NCBI GenBank assembly: GCA_003160215.1
Contig: PLQW01000093.1
Location: 40,540 to 104,539 of the forward strand
DNA: 64,000 bases
DNA from: Acidobacteriaceae bacterium
GTDB lineage: Bacteria > Acidobacteriota > Terriglobia > Terriglobales > Acidobacteriaceae
Direction of reading: 5' to 3'
The notes under the pieces: generated by a model
Databases searched by the model: none
Seen by the model: the letters and a program-made list of their open reading frames with translations, nothing else
Told to the model about the DNA's origin: nothing
In this document: positions 36,960 to 45,217 of the stretch, in pieces
Layout of the letters: each line of letters begins with the position of its first letter
Numbering within the stretch: the first letter of the stretch is position 1
Program-made: the position numbers and the translations under genes

Positions 36960-38419
36960 AGCGGTTGACACTGGCAGCCGGCATCGCCGCCAGCGCTTTG
37001 CTGGTGGGATGCGTGGTGGGGCCGAAGTATCGGCGTCCGCCAGTTCAGGCCCCCACGGCGTACAAGACGGAGGGCCCATGGCGTGTCGCCGCGCCGAAGG
37101 ACTCGTTGCCCAAAGGCGCATGGTGGGAGATCTTCAACGACGCCGAGCTGAATAGCTACGAGCAGCAACTGCTCAAGGCGAACCAGTCGCTGGCCGCAGC
37201 GCAAGACCGCCTGAACCAGGCGCGCGCGCTGGCCCGGGTAGCTTCGGCTGGACTCTTCCCGCAAGCCAGCACCGATCCTAACGCCTCTCGCAACAGGTAT
37301 TCCGCGCATCGGCCGGAAGTCGTCACCCTTGGACGGCCCCTCACGCAGAGCACCTACGAAATTCCTTTTCTGCTTAGTTACGAACCCGATCTCTTTGGAA
37401 AATACAGGCGGACCCTGGAAGCCTCGAATGCGACTCTGCAAGCCACGGCAGCGGACATGTACAACGTCAATCTGGTGCTGACCGCGGAACTCGCCGCCGA
37501 CTATTTCACCTTGTGCGAGCTTGACGCCGAAACTCAGGTAGTTCAGGAATCGGTTTCGATTCAGCAGAAGGGATTGCAACTGGTGGAGAACCGTCATGCC
37601 GGCGGAGTGGCCTCGGGACTTGATCTGGCACAGCAGCAGACACTGCTGGATTCCACGGTCACGCAACTGTACCTGGTGCAGCAGCAGCGCGCGCAGTATG
37701 AACACGCCATTGCGGTGCTGACTGGAAATCCCGCCTCCACCTTCAGCGTACCGGTCGCCCCGCTGCATACGACACCTCCTCCGGTCCCGCTGGGCGTGCC
37801 CTCTGACCTGCTGGAACGGCGGCCCGATGTCGCCACGGCTGAACGCAACATGGCGTATGAAAACGCCGAAGTCGGCGTTGCCACTGCGGCGTTTTATCCG
37901 CAACTCACCATCTTTGGTGGCGGCGGCGTTCAAAGCACCAGCATCACCAACCTGATTAGCGCTCCCAGCGCAATCTGGTCGCTGGGCGGCGACTTGCTGC
38001 AGCCCATCTTTCAAGGCGGACGCAATCGGGCCAACCTCGCCGCCACTAGGGCTGCCTACGACGAATCCGTCGCCAACTACCGTGAGGCTGTGCTGACCGC
38101 ATTCCAGCAGGTGGAAGATGGACTGTCGGGGCTGAACGCGCTTTCGCAGGCAACGACGAGCCAGAACGCGGCCGTGTCCGACGCGCGCCGTGCGCTGCAA
38201 ATTGCCAACAACCGCTACGTCGGCGGTGTGACCAGCTTTCTGGATGTCATCACCGCACAGTCGGCCTTGTTGACCAACGAGCGCCTGGCGACGCAGCTAC
38301 TCGGCCAAGAGATGGTGACTTCGGTCTATCTGGTGAAAGCTGTAGGCGGAGGCTGGGATGCCTCGCAAATCCAAAACGAGCAAGTGCGACCGAAGGCGAT
38401 CCAGGCGATTCAGCAGTAG
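36956..38419 (+). CDS. RND efflux outer-membrane lipoprotein (NodT family)
   Basis: 487 aa with lipobox ALLVGC and GPKYRRP just after it. It has a two-fold repeat of the TolC-like helical/barrel unit. The start overlaps the adaptor stop (ATGA). Confidence 0.9.
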   Translation: MKRLTLAAGIAASALLVGCVVGPKYRRPPVQAPTAYKTEGPWRVAAPKDSLPKGAWWEIFNDAELNSYEQQLLKANQSLAAAQDRLNQARALARVASAGLFPQASTDPNASRNRYSAHRPEVVTLGRPLTQSTYEIPFLLSYEPDLFGKYRRTLEASNATLQATAADMYNVNLVLTAELAADYFTLCELDAETQVVQESVSIQQKGLQLVENRHAGGVASGLDLAQQQTLLDSTVTQLYLVQQQRAQYEHAIAVLTGNPASTFSVPVAPLHTTPPPVPLGVPSDLLERRPDVATAERNMAYENAEVGVATAAFYPQLTIFGGGGVQSTSITNLISAPSAIWSLGGDLLQPIFQGGRNRANLAATRAAYDESVANYREAVLTAFQQVEDGLSGLNALSQATTSQNAAVSDARRALQIANNRYVGGVTSFLDVITAQSALLTNERLATQLLGQEMVTSVYLVKAVGGGWDASQIQNEQVRPKAIQAIQQ

Positions 38420-38468
38420 AAGCATCTAGCAATTAGCAGTCAGCGTGTTCCCGTCGTACGCGACGTTC

Positions 38469-38605
38469 GGGTAGTGCGGACCTTCAGGCCCGCGTGGAGG
38501 GACAGGAAGAAAAAAGGCTTCAGCCGCTGAGGTCGACGACCTCAGCGGCTGAAGCTGGGAATTGTGAGGGCGGCCTTGACGCGGGCCTGAAGGCCCGCAC
38601 TACCC
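38469..38605. repeat. nested compound palindrome between convergent genes
   Basis: The outer 26-nt arms are gggtagtgcggaccttcaggcccgcg and cgcgggcctgaaggcccgcactaccc (1 mismatch); each arm is itself a TGAA/TTCA-loop hairpin. They enclose a perfect 37-nt palindrome, cttcagccgctgaggtcg-a-cgacctcagcggctgaag (38518..38554). Confidence 0.9.
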
Positions 38606-38725
38606 AAGCTACAACCACTCTGGATTTGCTCTAGAAGATTCGAGGGCGAGACAAGAGATGCTATCCCCAGCGCATAGAGCACACGGAAATGGCATCTTTC
38701 GATTTGCAGCTTCTACCCTGGTGGC

Positions 38726-39742
38726 TCACTGGCGCGCATTCACCAGCCGAATCGCTTCCAGCACCACATCGCCGCTGATTGCCAGCGACTGCGGACTCAG
38801 TTTGTCGAGCGTGTCCTGCACTGTATGGTGGAAGACATTGTTGTATCCGTAGTCCAAGTCAATGATGTCCACCGCGGGTACGCCAATCCTCAAGAAAGGC
38901 AGATGGTCATCCTCAATGCCGGCCTTGAATTGGTAGAAGTGTGACTGGTAGCCCAAGTTGGTGGCCGCCTGGTAAACCAGCTCGCTCAACCAAGGTGTCG
39001 AGTTGGTTTCTTCCTGGATGTCGAGGTCGGCGTCGCCGATCATGTCCACCAGAATGAACGCCTTCACCTTCTTCGCTGTTCCATCCTGTTGCCACTTCTG
39101 TGCCAGATGCTTGGTGCCGTAGAGACTGTCGCTGTCGGTCCACTTCACGAAGGCTTCTTCCCCGTCGGTCCACACCAACCACACGCTGTAGCCGTCCAGC
39201 TCTTTGCCGCGGAATTGATCGGCCAGCGCCAGCAGCAGCGCGGTGGACGAGCCACCATCGTTCGCGCCCACATAAGCCTTTGGCAGCGGATAGTTCGTGT
39301 CGTAATGTCCGGCGACAACGATAATCCCATCTTTGCGGCCCGGGAACTTTGCGATGATGTTGTTGATCGGGAACTTGCCGATTGGCGTCTGCGCCGTGAA
39401 CTTGTCCTGCTCAACATCCACACCCTTCAACTTCGATAGGATGTACTGCTCCACCTTGGCGTGTCCTGGGCTCCCCGGCGGGCGCGAACCAATCGCGACG
39501 ATCTCCTTCACATACTGCATCGCGTGGGTGCCATTGATGTCGGGCTTGGGAGCGGTGCTGGTGGAATTCGCAGGCGCTGGACTCGCGGCGGGAGCCGCCA
39601 TCGCATTCGTCGCCGCCGCGGGCTTCACCTCAGCAGACGCCTCCGACGGTGTCTGCTGCTTGTTACATCCCAAGGTGATCGCCGCGACTGGAACCAGCAG
39701 ACAGAGAGCGAGTAGAGGGAGAGGGATTCGGCGAGGCTTCAT
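38726..39742 (-). CDS. M28-family peptidase lipoprotein (aminopeptidase / glutaminyl-cyclase-like)
   Basis: 338 aa with lipobox ITLGC and the motifs VVAGHYDT, GANDGGSSTALLLALA, WTDGEEA, LVDMIGD and DDHLPF. Confidence 0.85.
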   Translation of the reverse strand: MKPRRIPLPLLALCLLVPVAAITLGCNKQQTPSEASAEVKPAAATNAMAAPAASPAPANSTSTAPKPDINGTHAMQYVKEIVAIGSRPPGSPGHAKVEQYILSKLKGVDVEQDKFTAQTPIGKFPINNIIAKFPGRKDGIIVVAGHYDTNYPLPKAYVGANDGGSSTALLLALADQFRGKELDGYSVWLVWTDGEEAFVKWTDSDSLYGTKHLAQKWQQDGTAKKVKAFILVDMIGDADLDIQEETNSTPWLSELVYQAATNLGYQSHFYQFKAGIEDDHLPFLRIGVPAVDIIDLDYGYNNVFHHTVQDTLDKLSPQSLAISGDVVLEAIRLVNARQ

Positions 39743-39775
39743 GCTGCAAACATTGTAAATGGCGGGGCGAATCTA

Positions 39776-39960
39776 CCACAGAGACACAGAGTCACAGAGT
39801 CACAGAGAAAATCTCTTTACCACGGAGGCCACGGAGCGCATGGAGAATTTGAATTTGGGGAACGCGGAGCCCAGGAAATCTACTTTTTAGCTGGCTCTTC
39901 TTGAAATCCGTGGTTAGGGGTTTGCCTTGGACTTTCTCTGTGTCTCTCGTGTCTCTGTGG
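39776..39960. repeat. hairpin cassette with 8-nt arrays
   Basis: The left arm (cacagaga cacagagt cacagagt cacagaga) at 39776..39810 is complementary to the right arm (tttctctgtgtctctcgtgtctctgtgg) at 39933..39960. The interior holds a second word family (ccacggaggccacggagcgc ... tccgtggtt). Confidence 0.85.
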
Positions 39961-39973
39961 TGAACTCTCCGTC

Positions 39974-40006
39974 CAAAACAAAACGACCGCCTATCTGGGC
40001 GGCCGT
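39974..40006 (-). terminator. rho-independent terminator of yebC
   Basis: The minus strand reads ACGGCCGCC-cagat-AGGCGGTCGT followed by TTTTGTTTT, about 50 nt after the yebC stop. Confidence 0.75.
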
Positions 40007-40055
40007 TCCACAACTTGGTTTAACTGATGGCTGAAGGCTGAGTGCTGACGGCTTC

Positions 40056-40802
40056 CTACCCCGCTACTTCCTCCAACTGTTTCTGATCGATATCGAAGTT
40101 GGAGTACACGTGCTGCACGTCGTCGGAATCTTCCAGCGCCTCCAGCAGCCGAATCATGGTGCCGGCCTGGTGGCCTTCGAGCTTGGTGTAAGTCTGCGGA
40201 AGCATGCCGATTTCAGCCACCTCGGGCTTGATGCCGGCGGCCTTCACCGCTTCCAGCACCGTCTCGTAAACCGAGGGATCGGTCAGAATCTCCCAATTGT
40301 CGCCATCGTCCTTCAAGTCGTCGGCGCCGGCTTCCAGGACGACGTTCATCAGGTCGTCTTCCTTGGCCGCCGCCTTGGGGATGAGGATGTCGCCCTTCTT
40401 ATGGAACATCCACGCCACTGAGCCGGCCTCGCCCATGTTGCCGCCATTCTTGGAGAACGCGTGCCGCAGTTCGCTGACCGTGCGGTTGCGATTGTCGGTG
40501 GAGACTTCCACCAGGATAGCGACGCCGCCCGGACCGTAGCCTTCGAAGGTGATTTCTTCGTAGGAGATGCCGGGCAATTCGCCGGTGCCGCGCTGGATGG
40601 CGCGCTTGATGTTGTCGGCCGGCATGTTCTCCGCCTTGGCCGCCGCCACCGCGCCGCGCAGGCGGGGGTTCTTCTCCGGATCGCCACCGCTCTTGGCCGC
40701 GATGGTGATTTCCTTTATCAAGCGAGTGAAAATCTTGCCGCGCTTGGCATCCAGCGCGCCCTTCTTGTGTTTGATGGTTGCCCATTTGGAATGGCCGGAC
40801 AT
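40056..40802 (-). CDS. yebC: YebC/PmpR-family DNA-binding transcriptional regulator
   Basis: 248 aa opening with [28 protein letters not shown], which is diagnostic for the family. Confidence 0.95.
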   Translation of the reverse strand: MSGHSKWATIKHKKGALDAKRGKIFTRLIKEITIAAKSGGDPEKNPRLRGAVAAAKAENMPADNIKRAIQRGTGELPGISYEEITFEGYGPGGVAILVEVSTDNRNRTVSELRHAFSKNGGNMGEAGSVAWMFHKKGDILIPKAAAKEDDLMNVVLEAGADDLKDDGDNWEILTDPSVYETVLEAVKAAGIKPEVAEIGMLPQTYTKLEGHQAGTMIRLLEALEDSDDVQHVYSNFDIDQKQLEEVAG

Positions 40803-41124
40803 GGAGAAACCTCAGATCTTGAATAGGTTCGGATGCGTACCGATGGATGCCTCGCCCGTTCCGCGGACCAAGCGGCGATTCCGCTTCGAATCGAGCGGAG
40901 AAAGAGCAGGCAAACTCAAATTATAGCACTGCCAACAATGCCGTTTTCAAGGAGATACCGGCCTGTCCCCGCCGCTCAAGCGCTGGCAACGGTCCACCTG
41001 CCGACACCAATTTGTTCAGCGACACGCCCAGGGACAGCAGCGACTCCGTGGGTTGAGCAAGCTGCGCGATGAGCCGTATCGCGCGGCCTGCAAATGGGCC
41101 GAGTGCCTCGGCAGCGTGGTTGAG

Positions 41125-41589
41125 CTACTTCGACTTGTCGGCTCCGGCGGCCTGCTGCTTCGCCAGCTCGCTATAGCGACGCTGGATCTCTTCCGACGAG
41201 ACGTCCTCGATATGGGTGCCAACCCACCACTGATTGCCTAGAGAATCCTCGACGCCGCCGGTGCGGTCGCCGTAGGCCTGGTTCGCGGGCTCGTGAATGG
41301 GCTTTCCCCCAGCTTCAACCGCGCGCTTGTACACCGCTTCCACGTCCTCCACGTACAGATAGAACATGGCAGGTTTTGGTGTCCACTGGTCGCGGGCCTG
41401 GCCGATCATCAGCATCGAGTTGCCAACGCGCACCTCGGCATGGCTGACACTTCCCTTGTCGTCTGTGTGACGGAAGGTTTCCTCGCCGCCAAAGGCCTTC
41501 TTCAAGAAATCGATCTGCGCCTCCGCGTCCGCCACCGTCAAATAGGGTGTGACCGTGTGGTAGCCGTCTGGAATTGGTTTGACTGCCAT
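41125..41589 (-). CDS. VOC-family (glyoxalase/bleomycin-resistance, PhnB-like) protein
   Basis: MAVKPIPDGYHTVTPYLTVADAEAQIDFLKKAFGGEE... and ...DSLGNQWWVGTH are typical of PhnB-like VOC proteins. ATG 41589 with GAGGAG upstream is preferred over GTG 41607. Confidence 0.8.
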   Translation of the reverse strand: MAVKPIPDGYHTVTPYLTVADAEAQIDFLKKAFGGEETFRHTDDKGSVSHAEVRVGNSMLMIGQARDQWTPKPAMFYLYVEDVEAVYKRAVEAGGKPIHEPANQAYGDRTGGVEDSLGNQWWVGTHIEDVSSEEIQRRYSELAKQQAAGADKSK

Positions 41590-41685
41590 GGCTTTTCTCC
41601 TCACCAAGTTAGATTACCGTTCCCGATATTGTGCCCGATTCTGGCGGGCCCGTGAGTTCCTAATGAAATTCCCGGCATTGTACTG

Positions 41686-41911
41686 CAGTTTCAAGTTTCG
41701 AGTTTCGAGTTAAAGGCCGCTTACAAACGCAGTGATAAAGTTAGTCCGCTCTTTGCGCAGATGACGGAAAAGCATGTCCCTCCACGCGGACTAAAGTCCT
41801 TGGTCGGGATGACAATCTTGTAACAGGTGCGGACAGCAGGTCCCTCCGCTCGGCTCAAGTCCTCGGTCGAAGGCGGGCCACTTGAAACTTGAAACTCGAA
41901 ACCTGAAACTG
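41686..41911. repeat. hairpin cassette upstream of thiS
   Basis: The left arm (agtttca agtttcg agtttcg agtt) and the right arm (cttgaaa cttgaaa ctcgaaa cctgaaa ctg) match as reverse complements at about 24 of 26 positions. The interior holds REP-like modules ending ..gggatgaca. Confidence 0.88.
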
Positions 41912-41916
41912 TAGTT

Positions 41917-42120
41917 ATGCACATCTTCATCAACGGCGAAGACAAGAGCTTTGCCGGTCCTCCCCTGTCGCTAGCGCAACTGATCGAGCGCCTCGGCATG
42001 AAAGGCGACCGCGTCGCAGTCGAACTCAACCGCGAGATCGTCTCGCGTGCGCAGTGGTCCGAGACTTCGCTCAGAGACGGCGATCGGCTGGAGATTGTTC
42101 ATTTTGTCGGCGGGGGATAG
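41917..42120 (+). CDS. thiS: sulfur-carrier protein ThiS
   Basis: 67 aa, MHIFINGE...[10 protein letters not shown]. It has a ubiquitin-like fold pattern and the C-terminal GG. No other thi gene is present in the window. Confidence 0.8.
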   Translation: MHIFINGEDKSFAGPPLSLAQLIERLGMKGDRVAVELNREIVSRAQWSETSLRDGDRLEIVHFVGGG

Positions 42121-42123
42121 AAG

Positions 42124-42289
42124 CAGTTTCCAGTCTCCAGTTTCGAGTTGGCACACCGAATTGGGTTCGCCGCCGCAAGAGTCGAGAAACATCAAGCAGG
42201 CTGGCGCCTCTGGGAGATGCCAAGTGCCAAACGCCAAGTGCTAAGTGCGGCTTCCTCCCTCGAAACTTGAAACTCGAAACTCGAAACTT
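42124..42289. repeat. hairpin cassette downstream of thiS
   Basis: Left arm: agtttcc agtctcc agtttcg agtt. Right arm: ctcgaaa cttgaaa ctcgaaa ctcgaaa ctt. The interior carries a gccaagt gccaaac gccaagt gctaagt array (42218..42250). Confidence 0.88.
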
Positions 42290-42407
42290 TTGTTTGTGAA
42301 TCGCCGATGAACCTCCATCTTCCCGCGGTTGACAATGAGCGTTAACGATCACTAAACTCAAATGTTTACCTGCACGTGCTGGAAAGTTTCTGAGTGCTTG
42401 CGCAATC

Positions 42408-42815
42408 ATGCCGGACTTCTACTTCGCCCGATATCTGCCGTTGTTGATTCACGTCCTGGTCGCCGGGGGTGTGGCCTCGGCGATTGTGCTACTCTCCTAT
42501 TTCATCGGCCAGCACAAGTACAACAAATCCAAGATGTCTCCCTACGAATGCGGCATGGAGCCAGTCGGCAACGCCCGTCAGCGCTTCACCGTGAAGTTCT
42601 ACCTGGTAGCGATGCTGTTCATCCTGTTCGACGTGGAAGCCGTGTTCCTCTATCCCTGGGCGGTCGTGCAGCGCGACCTGAAATCCGCAGGCATGGGCAT
42701 GTTCTGGTTCTGGGAGATGCTGGTGTACATCGGCATCGTGCTCGCCGGGTACTGGTATTGCTGGAAGAAGGGCGTACTCGACTGGAACAAACAAGCTAAG
42801 TCCGAGAGGATTTGA
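42408..42815 (+). CDS. nuoA: NADH-quinone oxidoreductase subunit A
   Basis: 135 aa with SPYECGMEP and FDVEAVFLYPWAV. Confidence 0.93.
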   Translation: MPDFYFARYLPLLIHVLVAGGVASAIVLLSYFIGQHKYNKSKMSPYECGMEPVGNARQRFTVKFYLVAMLFILFDVEAVFLYPWAVVQRDLKSAGMGMFWFWEMLVYIGIVLAGYWYCWKKGVLDWNKQAKSERI

Positions 42816-42818
42816 GGG

Positions 42819-43316
42819 ATGGCACTGGAGCCGACGATCACCGACATCGAGCAACTGAAAGATCGTCCTGAACTGGCGCGCCTGCTGGCGTGGAATGCAG
42901 GCGCGATTACGGGCGCCAAGTTCGACCGCAACGAACTCACGATCTGGGTCGACCGCACCGGGCTGCGCGAAGCCTGTCTGACCCTGAAGAACGATCCGCA
43001 GTTGCAGTACAACGCCTTGTCCGACATCACCTGCGTGGACTGGTATCCCAAGGCCCCCCGCTTCGAAGTCGTGTACCAACTGTTCTCCATTCCGAACAAG
43101 AACTACCTGCGCCTGAAGGTGAAGATCTCCGGCGAGGACGCCAGCCTTGACTCGCTAGTTCCGATTTGGTCGGGCGCGGACTTCTTCGAGCGCGAAGTCT
43201 TCGACCTGTTCGGCGTTCGCTTCGACGAGCACCCCAATCTAAAACGCATTATGATGCCCGAGGATTGGGAAGGCCACCCGCTCCGCAAGGATTATCCCGT
43301 CGAGGGCTACCGCTAA
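42819..43316 (+). CDS. nuoC: NADH-quinone oxidoreductase subunit C
   Basis: 165 aa with the 30-kDa subunit motifs (FEVVYQLFS, ADFFEREVFDLFGVRFDEHP, DYPVEGY). It starts 3 nt after the nuoA stop, so there is no room for nuoB. Confidence 0.93.
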   Translation: MALEPTITDIEQLKDRPELARLLAWNAGAITGAKFDRNELTIWVDRTGLREACLTLKNDPQLQYNALSDITCVDWYPKAPRFEVVYQLFSIPNKNYLRLKVKISGEDASLDSLVPIWSGADFFEREVFDLFGVRFDEHPNLKRIMMPEDWEGHPLRKDYPVEGYR

Positions 43317-43318
43317 TC

Positions 43319-44524
43319 ATGGCCCACATGACTCCAACCCCGGTGCTGGATCCGTCCGACGATAAGACGATGGTCCTGAACATGGGCCCGCAACATCCTT
43401 CGACCCATGGCGTCCTCCGGTTGCTCCTTGAGATTGACGGCGAAACCATCGTGCGCATGATGCCCGACATCGGGTATCTGCACACCGGCATCGAGAAGAC
43501 TTGCGAAGCCAAGTTTTACCAGCAGGTCGTGCCCATGACCGACCGCATCGACTATCTCTGCCCCATGACCAACAACCTGGCGTACTGCCTGGCGGTGGAG
43601 AAGTTGCTGGGGCTGGAGATTCCGCCCAAGGCGCAGTGGATTCGCGTCATGTTGAACGAGCTGACCCGCATCAACTCGCACCTGGTGTGGCTGGGCACGC
43701 ACGCCATGGACATCGGCGCCATGACGGTCTTCCTGTATTGCTTCCGCGAACGCGAAGATGTGCTGCGCTTGTTTGAGGCGGTTTCCGGGCAGCGCATGAT
43801 GACGTCGTACTTCCGCATTGGCGGACTGGCGCTGGAGCCGCCACTTGGCTTCTTCGACCGGGTCAAGAGTTTTAACGACCGCTTTCCCGCGAACATCGAC
43901 GAGTACGAGAGCCTGCTGACCAGCAATCCCATTTGGACGGGACGTACCAAGGGCATCGCCCTCCTATCCGCGGAAGATGCCATCGCACTGTGCGCAACCG
44001 GCCCGACGTTGCGGGCCAGTGGTGTCGATGTCGATCTGCGCCGCGACAAGCCGTATAGCGGCTATGAGAAATTCCAGTTCAACGTCCCGGTATCGAACGA
44101 TGGCGATGTCTTTGCGCGTTACGTAGTGCGGGTGCAGGAGCTTCGCGAGTCGCAGAAGATCGTAAAGCAGGCGCTGGAAGGAATTCCAGAAGGCCCGGTG
44201 AAGGCTGACGCTCCCCATGTGGTGCTGCCCGACCGCGAGAAGATGAAGACGCAAATGGAAGCGCTTATCTATCACTTCAAGATCGTGACCGAGGGATTCA
44301 CCGTGCCGGAGGGCGAAGTGTACATGCCGATCGAGTCGCCGCGCGGCGAAATGGGCTACTACGTGGTGAGCGACGGCACCGCCAAGCCGTACCGCGTGCA
44401 CATGCGGTCGCCGTCGTTCGCCAATTTGCAAACACTGCGCAAGATGTGCGAAGGCCGCTTGATCGCCGACGTGGTCGCCGCCATCGGCAGCATCGATATC
44501 GTGCTGGGGGATTGCGATCGGTAG
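43319..44524 (+). CDS. nuoD: NADH-quinone oxidoreductase subunit D
   Basis: MAHMTPTP...NMGPQHPSTHGVLRL...ESPRGEMGYYV...RSPSFANLQ. ATG 43319 is used; the track frame opens earlier, inside nuoC. Confidence 0.96.
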   Translation: MAHMTPTPVLDPSDDKTMVLNMGPQHPSTHGVLRLLLEIDGETIVRMMPDIGYLHTGIEKTCEAKFYQQVVPMTDRIDYLCPMTNNLAYCLAVEKLLGLEIPPKAQWIRVMLNELTRINSHLVWLGTHAMDIGAMTVFLYCFREREDVLRLFEAVSGQRMMTSYFRIGGLALEPPLGFFDRVKSFNDRFPANIDEYESLLTSNPIWTGRTKGIALLSAEDAIALCATGPTLRASGVDVDLRRDKPYSGYEKFQFNVPVSNDGDVFARYVVRVQELRESQKIVKQALEGIPEGPVKADAPHVVLPDREKMKTQMEALIYHFKIVTEGFTVPEGEVYMPIESPRGEMGYYVVSDGTAKPYRVHMRSPSFANLQTLRKMCEGRLIADVVAAIGSIDIVLGDCDR

Positions 44525-44617
44525 CAATTAACAGCTAGCAATTAGCGACTAGTTTAAGCGATTCAGGCTAAGAGCTAAATGCGAATACTAATTGCTAAAT
44601 GCTAGTTGCTAATTGCT
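44523..44617. repeat. hairpin cassette between nuoD and nuoE
   Basis: The left arm (agcaatt aacagct agcaatt agcgact ag) is imperfectly complementary to the right arm (ctaattg ctaaatg ctagttg ctaattg ct). The nuoD TAG stop is the first word of the array. Confidence 0.85.
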
Positions 44618-44622
44618 GGAAA

Positions 44623-45105
44623 ATGAAATTTTCCGACCAACTCGAACAACGCTTCTCCACGATGGTCACGCACTACCCGACCAAGCGCTCCGTCCTGGTT
44701 CCCATGCTGCTCTACATCCAGGACGAAGTCGGCGCGCTGACGGATGAGGCCATCCACGAGGTCGCACAGCGCACAGAACTGTCGGATCTGGAAGTGCGCA
44801 ACGTCATCAGCTACTACTCGATGCTGCGCACGCGTCCGGTTGGCAAGTACAACCTCCAAGTCTGCACCAATGTGAGTTGCCTGCTGCGCGGGGCCGACGA
44901 CATCTTCGAACATTGCAAAAAGAAGCTGGGCATCGGCAACAAGGAATCGACTCCCGACGGGCTGTTCCATCTGGAGGAGGTCGAGTGCATCGGCGCATGC
45001 TCCTGGGCGCCGGCGCTGATGATGAATTACGAGTTTCACGAGAACCTGACGCCCACCAAGATCGACGAGTTGATTGACGGGCTGAAGAAGAAGGAACAGC
45101 AGTAA
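44623..45105 (+). CDS. nuoE: NADH-quinone oxidoreductase subunit E
   Basis: 24-kDa subunit with [2Fe-2S] Cys ligands (CTNVSCLL...CIGAC). ATG 44623 (MKFSDQLEQRF) is used. The track start at 44599 would translate the repeat array (MLVANCWK). Confidence 0.92.
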   Translation: MKFSDQLEQRFSTMVTHYPTKRSVLVPMLLYIQDEVGALTDEAIHEVAQRTELSDLEVRNVISYYSMLRTRPVGKYNLQVCTNVSCLLRGADDIFEHCKKKLGIGNKESTPDGLFHLEEVECIGACSWAPALMMNYEFHENLTPTKIDELIDGLKKKEQQ

Positions 45106-45106
45106 T

Positions 45107-45212
45107 CGCCATTCGCTTTTCGCTTTTCGCCAGAGGGCTCACGCGAGTGATTGCTAAAGGCTAAGAGCTGAAGGCTAAAAGCGAAAGGCGAATAGCAAAC
45201 AGCGAATAGCGG
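45107..45212. repeat. hairpin cassette between nuoE and nuoF
   Basis: The left array is cgccatt cgctttt cgctttt cgcc. The right array has 8.5 units (gctaaag gctaaga gctgaag gctaaaa gcgaaag gcgaata gcaaaca gcgaata gcgg) at 45153..45212 and ends 5 nt before the nuoF ATG. Confidence 0.85.
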
Positions 45213-45217
45213 TTTTC

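Noticed and set aside
40803-41124. Small ORFs (40833..41072, 40847..41056, 41016..41222) and a TATAAT box (minus strand, 40920..40925) in the 320-nt yebC upstream region
   Set aside because: The ORFs overlap each other and the VOC gene in antisense and have no motifs. The -10 box has only a TTGAAA at 19-nt spacing, which is too weak to call a promoter.
41608-41916. TPP (THI-box) riboswitch upstream of thiS
   Set aside because: I could not find the conserved CUGAGA...ACCUGAUCUGGAUAAUGCCAGCG-type core. The region is fully explained by the hairpin cassette and REP-like modules.
44599-44622. N-terminal extensions that begin inside repeat arrays: nuoE MLVANCWK, atpE MLTANCYLQ... (57375..57476) and the minus-strand ORF 35083..35556 MLVANCQLLVANC
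   Set aside because: These residues are array translations. Internal ATGs with better context give proteins of normal family length.
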